Position numbers and translations under genes: made by a program. Positions 19,417 to 31,350 of a stretch of DNA of 47,457 nucleotides are shown in pieces. Source of the stretch: Nemertoderma westbladi (taxonomy: Eukaryota > Animalia > Xenacoelomorpha); assembly GCA_032718475.1 (NCBI GenBank), contig JAUCBJ010008931.1:1-47457 (forward strand), written 5' to 3'. A model generated the notes under the pieces. That model was not told where the DNA came from and did no database searches. It was given only the letters and a program-made list of their open reading frames with translations. Numbering within the stretch: position 1 is the first letter of the stretch; every line of letters begins with the position of its first letter.

Positions 19417-20610
19417 GCATAATCTGATACCGAATATAATTCGGTATTAAAGATATAGATTAAATTAACGGCTTGTGGCGGAGGTAATATTATACAACAC
19501 ATTATCTTTGAACAGCCATATACATTATATTATAATGAAAATAGCACAAATGTATGAACCCTTAATAATATGAAGCATTACGTTCCAGAAACTTTATACA
19601 TTATACCAATACCCTAGGCCTACTTTGGTGCAAACTATGGGAATTCTACTGCTACACCACCCCCACCAGCCGTACTAAATGTCATGACTTAACATGTCTT
19701 GATATAAAACAATTCAGTTCACTTCAATAAGATTATTTGCATCACTAACTCATCGTATTAATAAGTAATAACCAAATATATCAAACTAATATGATTCAAA
19801 TATTTGTGCACAATAAACAAAACAGTACACCATCAAAGGACAATAAATGGACAGACAGGCAGTATATATTTGTATTACATACCGATACTGTAATCGAATG
19901 GGAAAATATTACATACTGTAAACAATGAGAAATAATTACAGGACTTTAAATGTGGAGATCAGGTTGGCACTACGAGATTCATTCGTACATAATGCATAGC
20001 AAAGCAAACACAATTGTATAAAACAATATATAATGTAGTTGCTGCACAATCGTTATGTAGTTTAATTAACCATAAACAGCTTTGAGCAGCATGGAATTAC
20101 TAGCTAAGTTATCTGACTAGGGACTAGGCCTATATAACATACTCTAATTAATTACTGCCACTACTCACTGGTGGTGGAATAATAACACCTTAGTAGAATA
20201 AACTCAAGATATTATAAACCTCCGCACACATAACGCCAAACAGGTAAATAAAATACAACCTTGTAGGTATATACATACAACAGGCTAAATTATACAAAAC
20301 AAAATACCAAACAAACAATACTATATACATACAATCAGACGAAGACCGTATTGCACGTAAGTAACTTTAGCAAAGCAGAGCACCGATGTTTGGACTTGTA
20401 TTAAGTATTGGTAGTTGCAGTTCATCGTTTCTGTTAAAAATATTCAATTAATATGATTTTATAGTTAATTTTCTTCCATATAGGGTAACATATTACACTT
20501 TTAATACGCATTTTTTTTCAGTAGGCCTCTTCTTCTTCTATATACAGTCTCATTGATATTATATATTGGTACGTACCCAGTTAGTAATGTTCATATACTG
20601 GTAGATTTAA

Positions 20611-20994
20611 TTAATAGTAGCCGCCTCCTCCGTATCCCCCACCACCATACCCCCCACCTCCACCACCTCCTCCATACCCCCCACCACCTCCTCCATATCC
20701 CCCGTAGCCACCACCCCCATTGCTTCCACTTCCTCCTCGCCCCCAACCTCCCGCCGAACCCCCTTGCACAGTGGTCCCGTTAGGGCCGGTCACATTAATC
20801 GCCTTCTCCTTCCCACTCTTATCGTCTTGTGTTCGCACGAACTCGACGTGCTCCCCCTCCTCGAGGGACCGGTATCCCTGGCTGGTGATCTGGGTTTGGT
20901 GGACAAATAGATCGTTCCCACCGCTGTCCGGTGCGATGAAGCCAAATCCCTTCTCGCTGTTAAACCACTTACAAACTCCCCGTTCAATAGCCAT
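20611..20994 (-). CDS. Cold-shock-domain protein with Gly/Tyr-rich tail; intronless, nested antisense in a TRAPPC9 intron
   Basis: GVCKWFN, KGFGFI (RNP1), DLFVHQ (RNP2), [23 protein letters not shown] repeats. First ATG at 20994. Confidence 0.92.
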   Translation of the reverse strand: MAIERGVCKWFNSEKGFGFIAPDSGGNDLFVHQTQITSQGYRSLEEGEHVEFVRTQDDKSGKEKAINVTGPNGTTVQGGSAGGWGRGGSGSNGGGGYGGYGGGGGGYGGGGGGGGYGGGGYGGGGYY

Positions 20995-21920
20995 GCTGTA
21001 ATCTGGCAATTTCTTTAATATACAGACAGAAGTAGGTCAATCAGTACTGCAGTAAGCAATACAATAGATAAGCTACTGAGGTAGGTCAGTCAGTCAGTAC
21101 TACTACAGTGCAGTACAGCAGAGTGCATTAGCTAAAGGGCGTGGCGTAGATCAATAATTCTATCTGTAGGCCTACCTACTGAACTGATTAGCCTAAGCTG
21201 TGATGTTATATCACGGTTGTTTCCTGTACTATGGTGGCCCATTACTGCATTAAGGCCAAAGACAAATTTAATAAAACAACAACTAAATGCTGAAATATTT
21301 TATGTTAATTAAAAATTGATAAAAAAAATGTGGCCTCTTTGGGCCATAGCATGGCCCGGTGAGGCCAAAATAAAAATGTCATATTTTTTTTATTAAAATG
21401 TTTTTTCCACGTGGCCCATGAGTGCTGGAGTGCCATTCCCGTAGACAGGTAGATTCTGATGTTACCATCATGGCCTAGGACATGACTGCATCAGTCTGTC
21501 AGTACGGGTATCACAGTATCAGTGCATTAGGCCTATTATAGTAAAAAAAACTGTGACTAAGACTATTACATTGCACACGCGCCGCTGACATATGCTACCG
21601 TACACCGGAAGTGTTCAATTCTTGCTGTCTTTGCGAGGAGCCGTGACATGCTAACAATAGAATATCCTCGTTTGCTAGTTAATTAATCAATTAATTCAGA
21701 GTATTTATAGAGTTACAATAAAGTTAAGAGTGATTTCGAACAAGGCAAGGATGTAAGTGAAGGCAAGTAACCTGGTTGATATGTTTTTTTTTGAAAGTCA
21801 ATTACTACTATCCACCATACACTTTCATTATAATTCTATACCATTTTTAATGCATTGTCTTTATGAACAGCAAGTCTCCATCTCCATCCCATTTATGTTA
21901 CTTATAACATTGCTCAACAG

Positions 21921-22108
21921 GGTCTTGCACGAAATATCCCGCCTTAAGTATTCGGTTTGTCACTCGCTAAGTGACCTCAGAGACCATTTATCTCGGTCGA
22001 TTGCATTGCCATGGTGTGATCTGTCCCATAACAACCACGGTGTTGGCGTTTGGGGTGATTTGGGTCAGATTGAATCGTCAGCATTGGTTCAGGATCCCAT
22101 TTCCTGGG
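21921..22108 (+). CDS. TRAPPC9: TRAPPC9 internal exon D
   Basis: CAACAG| and |GTAAGA. HLSRSIALPW...HG...LVQDPISW corresponds to IHSKLGICW...SG...LQLAPLQW. Phases 2 and 1 fit. Confidence 0.75.
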
Positions 22109-22577
22109 GTAAGATATAGTGATAATTTATAAATTATTGATTACAATTAATTACAATTACTTAATAACTACAATATAATATATGAAAAATTATCTTGATT
22201 TCCGTTCGTAGCTGTGTATTTTTTCATACAAACATGATGAACTATGAATCAAAGAGCATTAGATTTGAAATAATTGTATAGTATATACAATTACATTAGT
22301 AATTACATTACATTAATTAATCATTACTAATTCATTACATTAATTAGTATATACATGTATAGTATATGATCTAATTTTATACTGTATATAATGGGGCTGG
22401 CTATTATACTGTAATTTTTTTTTTACTGTATGGTATGACGTATGTAGGACGTAGGTATGCCACAACGCAAGTAGCCTATTTACTCTTCAGTCTGCAGTAT
22501 ACACACATAGTAGGCATTGACCTAAATGAGACAACCTTTATATTTTATACCGTTTGTCCATGTCCCGTTGACCCTAA

Positions 22578-22938
22578 AGGCCTGTTTACACGTGGCAACT
22601 TTTAGAGCAACTTTCTCGGCAACTAGCAACTTTTTTTGGAGCAACTTAATTTAATGGCTGTTTACACGTGGCAACTTTACCAGCAACTTGGCCGGCAACT
22701 TTTAGAGCAACTTGGCTAGTTTGACTGTAAAATAGTGGGTCATTTTATCTACTAGCTAGTTTTTGATATTTAATTTGATTATTCGTCAACGCAAATTCCT
22801 TTAAGTTGCAGTAAAAGTTGAGCAACTTTTACAGCAACTTTTTTACGTGTTTACACGGAGCAACTTGATCGGCAACCTGGGTTGCTCTACAAGTTGCCGA
22901 GAAAGTTGCTCTAAAAGTTGCCACGTGTAAACAGGCCT
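22578..22938. mobile_element. PIF/Harbinger-type MITE
   Basis: ~47 bp TIR AGGCCTGTTTACACGTGGCAACTTTTAGAGCAACTTTCTCGGCAACT, flanked by TAA and TTA. Internal GCAACT repeats. Confidence 0.88.
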
Positions 22939-23015
22939 TTACACACAGACACATATCAGTATACCTAGGCCTACTTTTGTTTGTTTATGTTGTTTTTAAT
23001 CTGTATAATTTTTAG

Positions 23016-23380
23016 ATGTTACCATTAATGGTACTGTTGTGGCTGGCCCAGTAACCGTTCCTTTATGCGAACTGGTTGCTATGGATATCAGTATTTGCGG
23101 CGAACTTACCCAATCAGATTGTTGGCTTTCAGTACTTCCCTATCAAGACCGACTTGGGAGTGAACCTTTAAGTGACATTGATCAGAAACTGGCCATGGTT
23201 GGGATTGCAGCAACACCAATTCATCACGTAAGTGAATTGAATCCAACATTTTACTCTTACTTTGCAGTTAGTATTCAACAACGCGGTATAGAGATTGCTT
23301 TAAGTCATTCACGCACAACTAGGGGATTGTGGCATTATAAGGTAGAAGATAGAAACTTTAACTTCGTAAAACTCATTTAG
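23016..23380 (+). CDS. TRAPPC9: TRAPPC9 exon E, probably terminal (alternative donor after 23227)
   Basis: TTTTAG|. DVTING...LSVLPYQDRLG...LAMVG corresponds to DVLVDG...LTVVPFQDHQNG...VSFVG. Frame open to TAG at 23378-23380, with AATAAA signals near 23525-23545. Confidence 0.75.
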
Positions 23381-24193
23381 TTATTAATTGATTACAATTA
23401 ATTAGTATGTCCAGGATTATTGTAATAGAATTAGAAGGAACCTGGTTTGTTGTGTAATTGGAGTTGTTTGAGAGAGGAACAATTGTAGATGTGTTGAAAA
23501 AGTAAGTTTGGTTGAAAGGGTAGGAAATAAATATTGTATAATAAATAAATGTTATATTATTTATTTGAAACATCTGAATCAAGAACCGTATTTACAGTAA
23601 GGACAACGTCAAATCGACTCCTAAAAATAGATCTCTAAAATTATCATAACTATGTATAATAATATCCCACACATCAGTATTTACTTTTACTATATCCTGT
23701 ACGCTACTGTTGCGGTTGCAGTTAAACTACCGCACGTTTAATTTACTGATAACTCTAACATGCTTTATAAATCATCATTTATGCATAAGTCTTCACTAAT
23801 TAACTGCTCCAAACAGCAGCGGATTTACAAGTTAAATTACCATTACCTATAATTATAATACTATAATCGGCCTGTTGCATTGCAGCTGCACATTGCGATG
23901 CTATACCGGCTTAATAAAAAATATTGCGTCACCACCATGCAAGTCACATTTTGGCATGCTGTAATACATTTTACATTGAGAATGCTATGCCGGCTTATCG
24001 ACAAAATTGCGTTGTCACAACTCCCTATCCCCCCGTGACTTTTGCGAGATTATCCGCATCTTCAAGGCCAGTGTCCTTTAGGAGGCCTTCAAGAAAGTCA
24101 TGGGCTGCAATGTCCGGCGAATCGGAGGTGGCTCTGTTCAAGTCTCAAGATTGGGGGGACCAAGATCCACCTATATTATATGGGATTTGATGG

Positions 24194-25070
24194 AACATGG
24201 ACAATGGCCCCCCGAGGACAATTGCCCCGTGGACAATTGCCCACCGGACAATAGCCCACCGGACAATAGCCCCCCCGGGCAATTAATTGACCCCCGATAT
24301 TTTATTTAATTAATATATTTTAAATCTTGAAATTATTTGAATGTTTTCCTATGATTTTATGAAATTCAATTCAAGTAATATTAAGTAATTGACCTTGATC
24401 AACGCTTCTAAACTATACATTTTCAAGCGTTTTTCGAAAAATCTAATATTTTCTACAACAATTTGATTTGATCACCACTTCTAAACTTTTAATTTTTATG
24501 TCTTTTTCAAAATATAATAACATAAATAATAAATAAATAACATAAATTTTTTTTATCGAACAATATGATTGTCTTTATGCTAGCTATAGCTTTTTTATGA
24601 CGTAATTGAATGGCTTCAGCACGTTAACATTTTATTTTTCTTGTAATTAAATACTTCAGTTGGAAAATATTGGAATTATTGAGCACATAAATAAGCAAAC
24701 ATGGATGTTTTATTAAATATAAAACGGACTTACATAAAACGGACAGAGCTATATAAAATTATTGTTTAATGTTGTTACAAGTTAGGAAGACTAAATTGCT
24801 AGTTAAGAACGACCTTATTTATTTTGCAATTATTTTTGGGGCCAATTTATTGTTTGGTGGGTAAGTGTAATTGGGGGGAAATTGTCCGGGGGCAATAGAC
24901 CGGGGACAAGTTTCTGGGGGCAATAGTTCGGTGGGCAATTGTCCGAGGGGCAATTATTCTCGGGGGTAATTGTCCGGCAGGCAATAGTCCGGAGGGTAAT
25001 TGTCCGGGGACAATTGTCCGGGGGGCCATTTTCCGAGAGGCAGTTTTCCGGAGGGCAATTGTCCTGTCAG
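24194..25070. mobile_element. Foldback/Mutator-like non-autonomous element with modular TIRs
   Basis: Tandem GGACAATTGCCC(C) units at 24199-24295, their reverse complements at 24872-25065, AT-rich interior. Ends approximate. Confidence 0.75.
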
Positions 25071-25207
25071 GGATTGGAGATGTGTTCATTGTATTTGACA
25101 CGTTAACGTGGACACGTAGAGCCCAGCATGGACTCCCATAGAGGAGTACTGGAACTACTGCTGCTCTAAATTATCGAATGTTAATTAAGTTTCCGACGTA
25201 TTCTGTG

Positions 25208-25350
25208 TCACTTCCAAATCTTGGAAAGCCCATTCAAGGCTGCCCATGCCTTTCCCTTACGTATTCGAAGGTCATCGACTTCCGGATCCATGATCCTCCC
25301 AGGTAACCGAAGTCGTCCACATGCTCAAGCATACCATCCTTTGAGCTTAT
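25208..25350 (-). mobile_element. Degenerate non-LTR retrotransposon RT C-terminal fragment (RTE/Proto2-like)
   Basis: Minus-strand translation LEHVDDFGYLGGSWI, then after a frameshift DLRIRKGKAWAALNGLSKIWK. Confidence 0.75.
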
Positions 25351-26906
25351 GCTCATCCGATCTGGCATTTCCCGAGGACTATAAGAAAACCGAGAAGTAT
25401 CGATATCGACAAATAAGACAAATAATTAATATTATTTGTTTCGCACGGGAATTTCTGTAGCAGCACGTAAAACTCCACTGTCTCGCTTCCCGAATGTGTG
25501 TCATCCTTTGTATTCTTACTGCTCTGCTTCGGACAGCAATCTCCAACGTTATTCCAACCTGAAGGTCACCAGTTCGATCCCACCTGGTCGTTAATGCCGA
25601 CTTTACTAAGCTGTTTCCGTTAAAAATTTATTACAATAACTGCAAAAATGTTCGCCCGCACCCGGACTATTTACTAACAACCAGATTGTCATTAGCCAAC
25701 GATTGTTCGGCTGATTACCAGTGCCTTTATGCAATTTCCTTGTTTGACCTCTTGCGAAATCCTCCCGCTTTACCGATGAGAAGATTGATATCAGCTGACA
25801 CAGATTGCATGCAACGTCTAGGTCTCTACTCCATTTATGTTCAATTTCGAGTATATCGTTTTCGCTTTGCATAGACCCACCTATCCTTAAAGTTTATTAT
25901 TCTGGGGGGAATTCAACAATAATTACATACATCAACAAACTATTAGGTGTATTTTATTTGTATCAAGTTCAAACTGATTGAATTATTAATTTTATATATT
26001 TCCAGATGTTACCGGTTTCGCCGTTCGTACACCGATGTCACTTTCTCGTTCTCTCTCCCGGAGTTTATTATTTCCGCATCGCTGTCACCCCTAACAACGA
26101 ATACTCCGATTGTTCGGAAAACTCGAAAACTATATCAACTTTTAATCCCCCAATATCTATCACTACTACATCTAACACATGATAAAGGCAGTCTGTTTTT
26201 CCTTCGTTTACTTTTATTCCTAGAAATTTGGTGCCAAAAGTCAATTTTATTATATTATTACTGTAGATTAGATAATACAGGTTTAGATTTATTGTATTAG
26301 ACAATTAATGCAATACCAAACTTTTGTTTCTTTTAAATTTATTGCGCAGTGCGCAAAGGGAAGTCGTAAGTCCCATCTCGGCGTACTGCTCGCGCACGGC
26401 ATGTGGAAGTGGCCAGGGGAGTTGTACTCGTTTCGACGTGAATGCTTTAGGGACTATAACCAAGGCGAATACCGGTATCTGATGCTCAGCATCCTTAAAT
26501 GGTAGCTAAATAAAGTAAAGTAAAAATCCTCGCGTAGGCCAGTGCAGTTTTCGTTTCGGCTCGAATAATGCTTTGAAGGGACCAGCCAGTCTCTGCCTTG
26601 CATCCTAAGTGGTTTTAATATAACTAATATTAATAGCAGTTTGAAATAAAGTGACATAATGTTGCCAAAAACCTGTACATCATACTTACACAGTCACATA
26701 CACACAAGTTATGTGAACGCACCCCCACATACTCCCTGAAACTTGTCTTTTGAGTTAATCGTGTATTGTTGATAACAGTATAAAGGAGTTATTTGCAAAT
26801 TTCCAGTTGACCCAAGTTAAGACTACAGATAGTATTGTGAAACATCCTAACTTTTACTTAAGAAAGGAAGAGGAGGTCTACATACATACGCTCCACATAC
26901 ACGTTC

Positions 26907-28564
26907 GTGGGGCCTTCGCGCAGCACGAGGCCCAGTTATGAGATACAAATTAAAATTGTGCGACTGTATCACAAAATCAGGTTATGAGAGATTAACCCAC
27001 ACCACCAATTAATCAAAGAAAAGGGGACAGTACGTGTTCACCCCTTTTAATCTACACCCCCCCCCCCCCCCCTCCCCCCACCCACCAATACATAACCGCG
27101 ACATCTACCACCCACGGAAGGGTAGCACGAACTTATTTCCAAACGCACGTTCAATATGCAAAGCCAGGTGGTTTATAGGAATATAATCGATGCAGTACTC
27201 GTCTTCATTATAAGCCTCTTTGCGTTCGACCTGTTTTGTATTGAAATATATTTATTAAACACAGGCTGACGCTCTTTATAATAATAATACCTAGGGATGC
27301 CAGCTTCCAGACTTTCAATCTTTACTGCCGCGCAAACCCCGCAGAGGAAGTTTTGGGTTGAGAGATCAAGCCCATCGGCAATTGGTGTTTCAATTTCGGT
27401 CCAGGAACTCTGACAATAGGAGCATTAAATATTAGCTGTGGTCCATTCCCGTGGTTTCGGCTTCCTTTTCTTCGTCCCAATGACAGATTATTCTGAAGAC
27501 GTTCGATTCGCTTTCAGTTTATTGTTGGCGTTTGTGTTTTGAAGTTGTATTCGAGTGGACAGTCGCGCCGGTTTCGAGGTAACCATACCGACCTGTGATA
27601 AGCGTTGGTTTTGTTGAGTACCGGTATTCATCTTCTCTCACCTTTCAATGTCAGATGTTGCAAATACTGATAACACGAATAACGGTATATATTTCAATAC
27701 TTGTCAATAGTAATATATATAATTTAGATAACTATTTCATATCTGTAGGCCTACTGTTGAGCAAACTCTACATAAATTCCAACCTGTGTATCGCCGGTAG
27801 TGCTGCTGCTGTGCAAGTGCTGAAGTGCTAGTTGCCACCGGTCAGTCGGTACCGGTAGTAGGGTGGTACCTACGGTGCGCACTACAACGGCAGTACAGCA
27901 ATACGGTGTACCGTGCCAATGACTGAATGATTAGCGGTAACTATCTAAACTATTATATTATTATTACCGGTGCCGGTACTGGGCTAATTAGGCCTAAACT
28001 ATAATCTCCGCAAGGGTTGCCGGGGCCATGTTTAATTAGATTACATGATATGGCATGTCTGCAGTGTATGGTACCGGCTGACCAGTGTTGCAGTATTGAC
28101 TGATTGCAGGATTCTCGATTCAGGGATTGAGTACAGCCTGACAGTACCGGTACATGCAGATTGGCCGACAGCCCCAATGTATTGCAAAATTTGTCAGAAA
28201 CCCAGCTGATTTATCCTACAGTAATAATAATTTAACGCATTTTAATTTTGGATAAATAAATTTATTATAACTGCAATAACAGTTACACTGATGCTGCACG
28301 AAGGCCCCACGCAAATTCTACTTGGAAAATTTTCAAACTTTTGCCAAACAACATGTGTACCAAGTTTGGATAGATTTCATCAAGGATTGGCCGAGTTATT
28401 AACGTTTAAAATAAAATACTGAAAAAAAACGCGACAGAACGACAGGTTGATTAATGGTACCCCTACGCTAAGGCTCACTCACTTCGTGGCTCGCCCCACA
28501 GAACGACAGGTTGATTAATGGTACCCCTACGCTAAGGCTCACTCACTTCGTGGCTCGCCCCACA
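26907..28564 (+). mobile_element. Non-autonomous Helentron/HINE-like element, copy C, with tandemly duplicated 3' end
   Basis: Left GTGGGGCCTTCGCGCAGCA, inverted TGCTGCACGAAGGCCCCAC (28292-28310), same core as A and B. The 64 bp end unit is repeated at 28437-28500 and 28501-28564. Confidence 0.7.
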
Positions 28565-29046
28565 GTATCTGCGCCCCTGTTGAAAAATTTTATTTTCTGC
28601 GCCAAACCCTGCTCAGAATACACTTCAAATTGACATTGCTATGCTATGAGAGTGCATACATTTACTACTGTACAGTATGTACAGTATTTCCAGTATGTCA
28701 TCACGTCATTATTTAGTTGTTCTATAAAGCTATATAAAGTTATATAACTACAAATGCCTTAAGGTTAATCCGGCACTGAGTGCGGTGGTAGCGCTGCGAG
28801 GATGCGACGACAGCCCCGACAAAGTGTGTTCAAAATGCGATGCAAAACCAACAGGCTGTCGCTGTCAGTGCCGCCCGTGGTGGAACTTGGCATCGAGGAT
28901 GTCTTCATTTTTATTTTATAAAACTTGTTTTTCCCATTTTTTTCTCTCTTTAATGTAAATGTAACTTCTTTTGGTGGTGGACAGTATTTTGTTTAAATTT
29001 TTAAAATATCTAAGTTAATAAAATAATAATTATTGTAACTACTGTA

Positions 29047-29205
29047 CATATCAAGTGGAGAAAACATGACAAACGCCGAGCTTTATGGTACAATACCATC
29101 TGTATCAACCACTCTCCGTAAACGCAGGTTAAGATTCAGTGGGCACTGTTGGAGAAGTAAACATGAGGTCATACCAGATCTACTTTTCTGGCAACCACAG
29201 CACAA
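29047..29205 (+). mobile_element. Non-LTR retrotransposon ORF2 C-terminal fragment (RTE/Proto2-like)
   Basis: MTNAELYGTIPSVSTTLRKRRLRFSGHCWRS..E...LLFWQPQH. Confidence 0.8.
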
Positions 29206-29726
29206 GGCGTTCCTGTGGGCGACCAGATATAAGATGCTGTACATTATAACTTTTGTTGGGCACAGCTTTGCAAAGTTGGCAATGACGTCCAGGTGGGATC
29301 GATACCTCCGTGTTGGAAGTCTTTCGCTAACCATTCAGCTAGCGGCTTAGGTAAAAGGTAGATCTGGAAATACTATACCTGATACCTTGTAAATACTGTA
29401 TATAGACAAACTTGAAAGGGGTACTGAAGAAATTGCGACAACTATGGAGAATGGGAAAGCCTGGAAAAACCTTCTTTACACTACCGAGCTCGCTCGACCT
29501 AGTAGTACTGTAGTAGTACTGTACAATAATGGGGAGCATTATCTATTTCTATAATTATTCTCAGTCACAATTTTTTTTTGCAAAATTTTTATTTCAGTTT
29601 TGCGAAACTTATTGGAAAAAGTTTGTAAAATGTCCTATGTCGCATTAAAATTAAAATTGTTGCCAATTTGTCGAAAAACCCTACGAGAAGGCTATATTTC
29701 TGGTATCAGAAAACGATCGAATACCC

Positions 29727-29784
29727 CATGGAATACTAAATATAGAATATAAATAGGATATAAATCTATATTTAGTATTCCATG
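29727..29784. mobile_element. 58 bp micro-MITE with CATG termini (P-element-like)
   Basis: 20 bp TIR CATGGAATACTAAATATAGA, flanked by a 7 bp direct repeat AATACCC. Confidence 0.75.
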
Positions 29785-30090
29785 AATACCCCTTTGAAGT
29801 TAGAAAGATAAATAAAACAGATTAAATGTGCAATTTTGTTAAATTAGTAAACAAAAACGTGTTTTCTTAAAACTACTTTTTTAGAGTTAGTTTTACTTTT
29901 TTACCACCCTCCGCCCCACGACATGGTGTAGTATGTAACGACAGAACTCCAAAGCGACTCGATGTGTTGTATGTGAGTTCTACTGTATGTCTATTATGAC
30001 CTACTAAATATATCTTTAGTAGGTCATGTATGTACTGTAGCTACTTTCACATTATTTCATTTATTTGTATGGAATTAATTTCTGGACGCA

Positions 30091-30324
30091 GGAACTGGAC
30101 GCAATAAGGGGAATCTCCAGGGGAAATTCGACGCAAATAACAGCTGATTACTCTCAAAAATAAAACTGTAACCTATTGTTTATTGTATTTAGTTTATTGT
30201 TTTGGTTAAAATAACGTGCCACTGTAACCTGCTCCTTCCCCTAAATTGAGAATTTAACATTGAGGCGGGATATTAATTCGCCAAGATGGGATTTGCGTCC
30301 AGTCCCCCCCCCCCCCCCTGTCTC
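30091..30324. mobile_element. MITE, copy 1 (one end damaged)
   Basis: Reverse complement of 31951-32186. Internal TIR ACTGGACGCAA / TTGCGTCCAGT with a poly-C tract. Confidence 0.8.
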
Positions 30325-30675
30325 GATTACTGACACGCTGAGAACATTGATGAATGACGAGATTCTCCATAAGAACACTGGCTTTAGTGTTGTGTGGAGT
30401 TTTTGGCATGCCAACTGTGTTTACAGTTCAGCAATGTTACATTATGCATTACAGTGAACTATACCAGTATCCACTCTTAATACCGTAATATAAAGTACCG
30501 GTACTGCGGTACAGAGAACAGACTAATCAAACAGACAAACGACCATCTAATCGTTTATTAGCTATTAGTTCTAACCATTATTTCGTTTCTGTATTTGCTG
30601 GCTACCTCCATTCTGGTGACGCTTGACGCTGCAGTCAAACGCTAAAAGGCACTTTTGAGATTCACCCTTTGGACG

Positions 30676-31350
30676 ATGGTTGAACCCAACCCCACCGTGT
30701 CCATCAAACTCCCACCATTTTGGACGTCCCAACCTGAGGTTTGGTTCGTTCAAGCCGAGGCACAATTCGCAATCCATGGTGTCCTATCTGATGACATGAA
30801 GTACTACTTCTTACTGGGAGCCTTGGAGCAGGAGACCGCCAGACGAGTGCTCAAACTCATCCGGGACCCGCCCGTTGAAGAGAAATACAACAAGCTGAAG
30901 ACGCAACTCCTCAAGACGTACGGTCTCTCTCGACGTGAGCGGGCTGTCCGACTCTGGGACCTCAACGGCTCCTGTCGTCCGTCGCATCTCCTTACCGAGA
31001 TGCAGACCCTGCTGGGGGACGAGCAACCCGGCCTCCTCTTCGAGGAGGCCTTCCTCCGACGGATGCCCTCAGAAATCCGCCTCCAACTCGCTGACGAAGA
31101 CTTCCGTGATCTCGACAGACTCGCCGAACGTGCTGACGCACTGTGGGAAGTCTTACGACTGAACTCACCCATCTATCCTTACAGCGCCCTCATACAACGC
31201 CACTTACATATAATATTTATTGGAATTGTTATATTATCTTCCGGTTATTATTATTATTGTTATTATCCGGATTGGCAACGATTGCTTTTATTCACCGTAC
31301 TCCCATTGCTTTCTTTATGGTTTCTTTTTATATCAAAATTTTTAAAATGA
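30676..31350 (+). CDS. Ty3/Gypsy Gag capsid-like protein with a hydrophobic C-terminal extension
   Basis: VSIKLPPFW..QPEVWF.QAEAQF...KY...L...PP...Y..LK..LL...RPS.LL.EM..L...FL.RMP..IR..LA...LA.RAD. No zinc knuckle, pol or LTR visible. First ATG at 30676. Confidence 0.8.
   Translation: MVEPNPTVSIKLPPFWTSQPEVWFVQAEAQFAIHGVLSDDMKYYFLLGALEQETARRVLKLIRDPPVEEKYNKLKTQLLKTYGLSRRERAVRLWDLNGSCRPSHLLTEMQTLLGDEQPGLLFEEAFLRRMPSEIRLQLADEDFRDLDRLAERADALWEVLRLNSPIYPYSALIQRHLHIIFIGIVILSSGYYYYCYYPDWQRLLLFTVLPLLSLWFLFISKFLK

Noticed and set aside
24042-25101. Short repetitive ORFs (GQLP, DNSPP, RTIAP)
   Set aside because: They are translations of modular transposon TIRs.
25606-26304. Possible decayed piggyBac-like cysteine-rich tail (RPRRC...HFCSYC)
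   Set aside because: Needs several frameshifts, and no catalytic domain, TIR or TTAA site could be supported.
28754-28910. U12 snRNA (ATGCCTTAA start) or HDV-like ribozyme (TCCTCGC on the minus strand)
   Set aside because: The U12 branch-recognition sequence is absent, and HDV P1, P1.1 and P3 pairings do not close.
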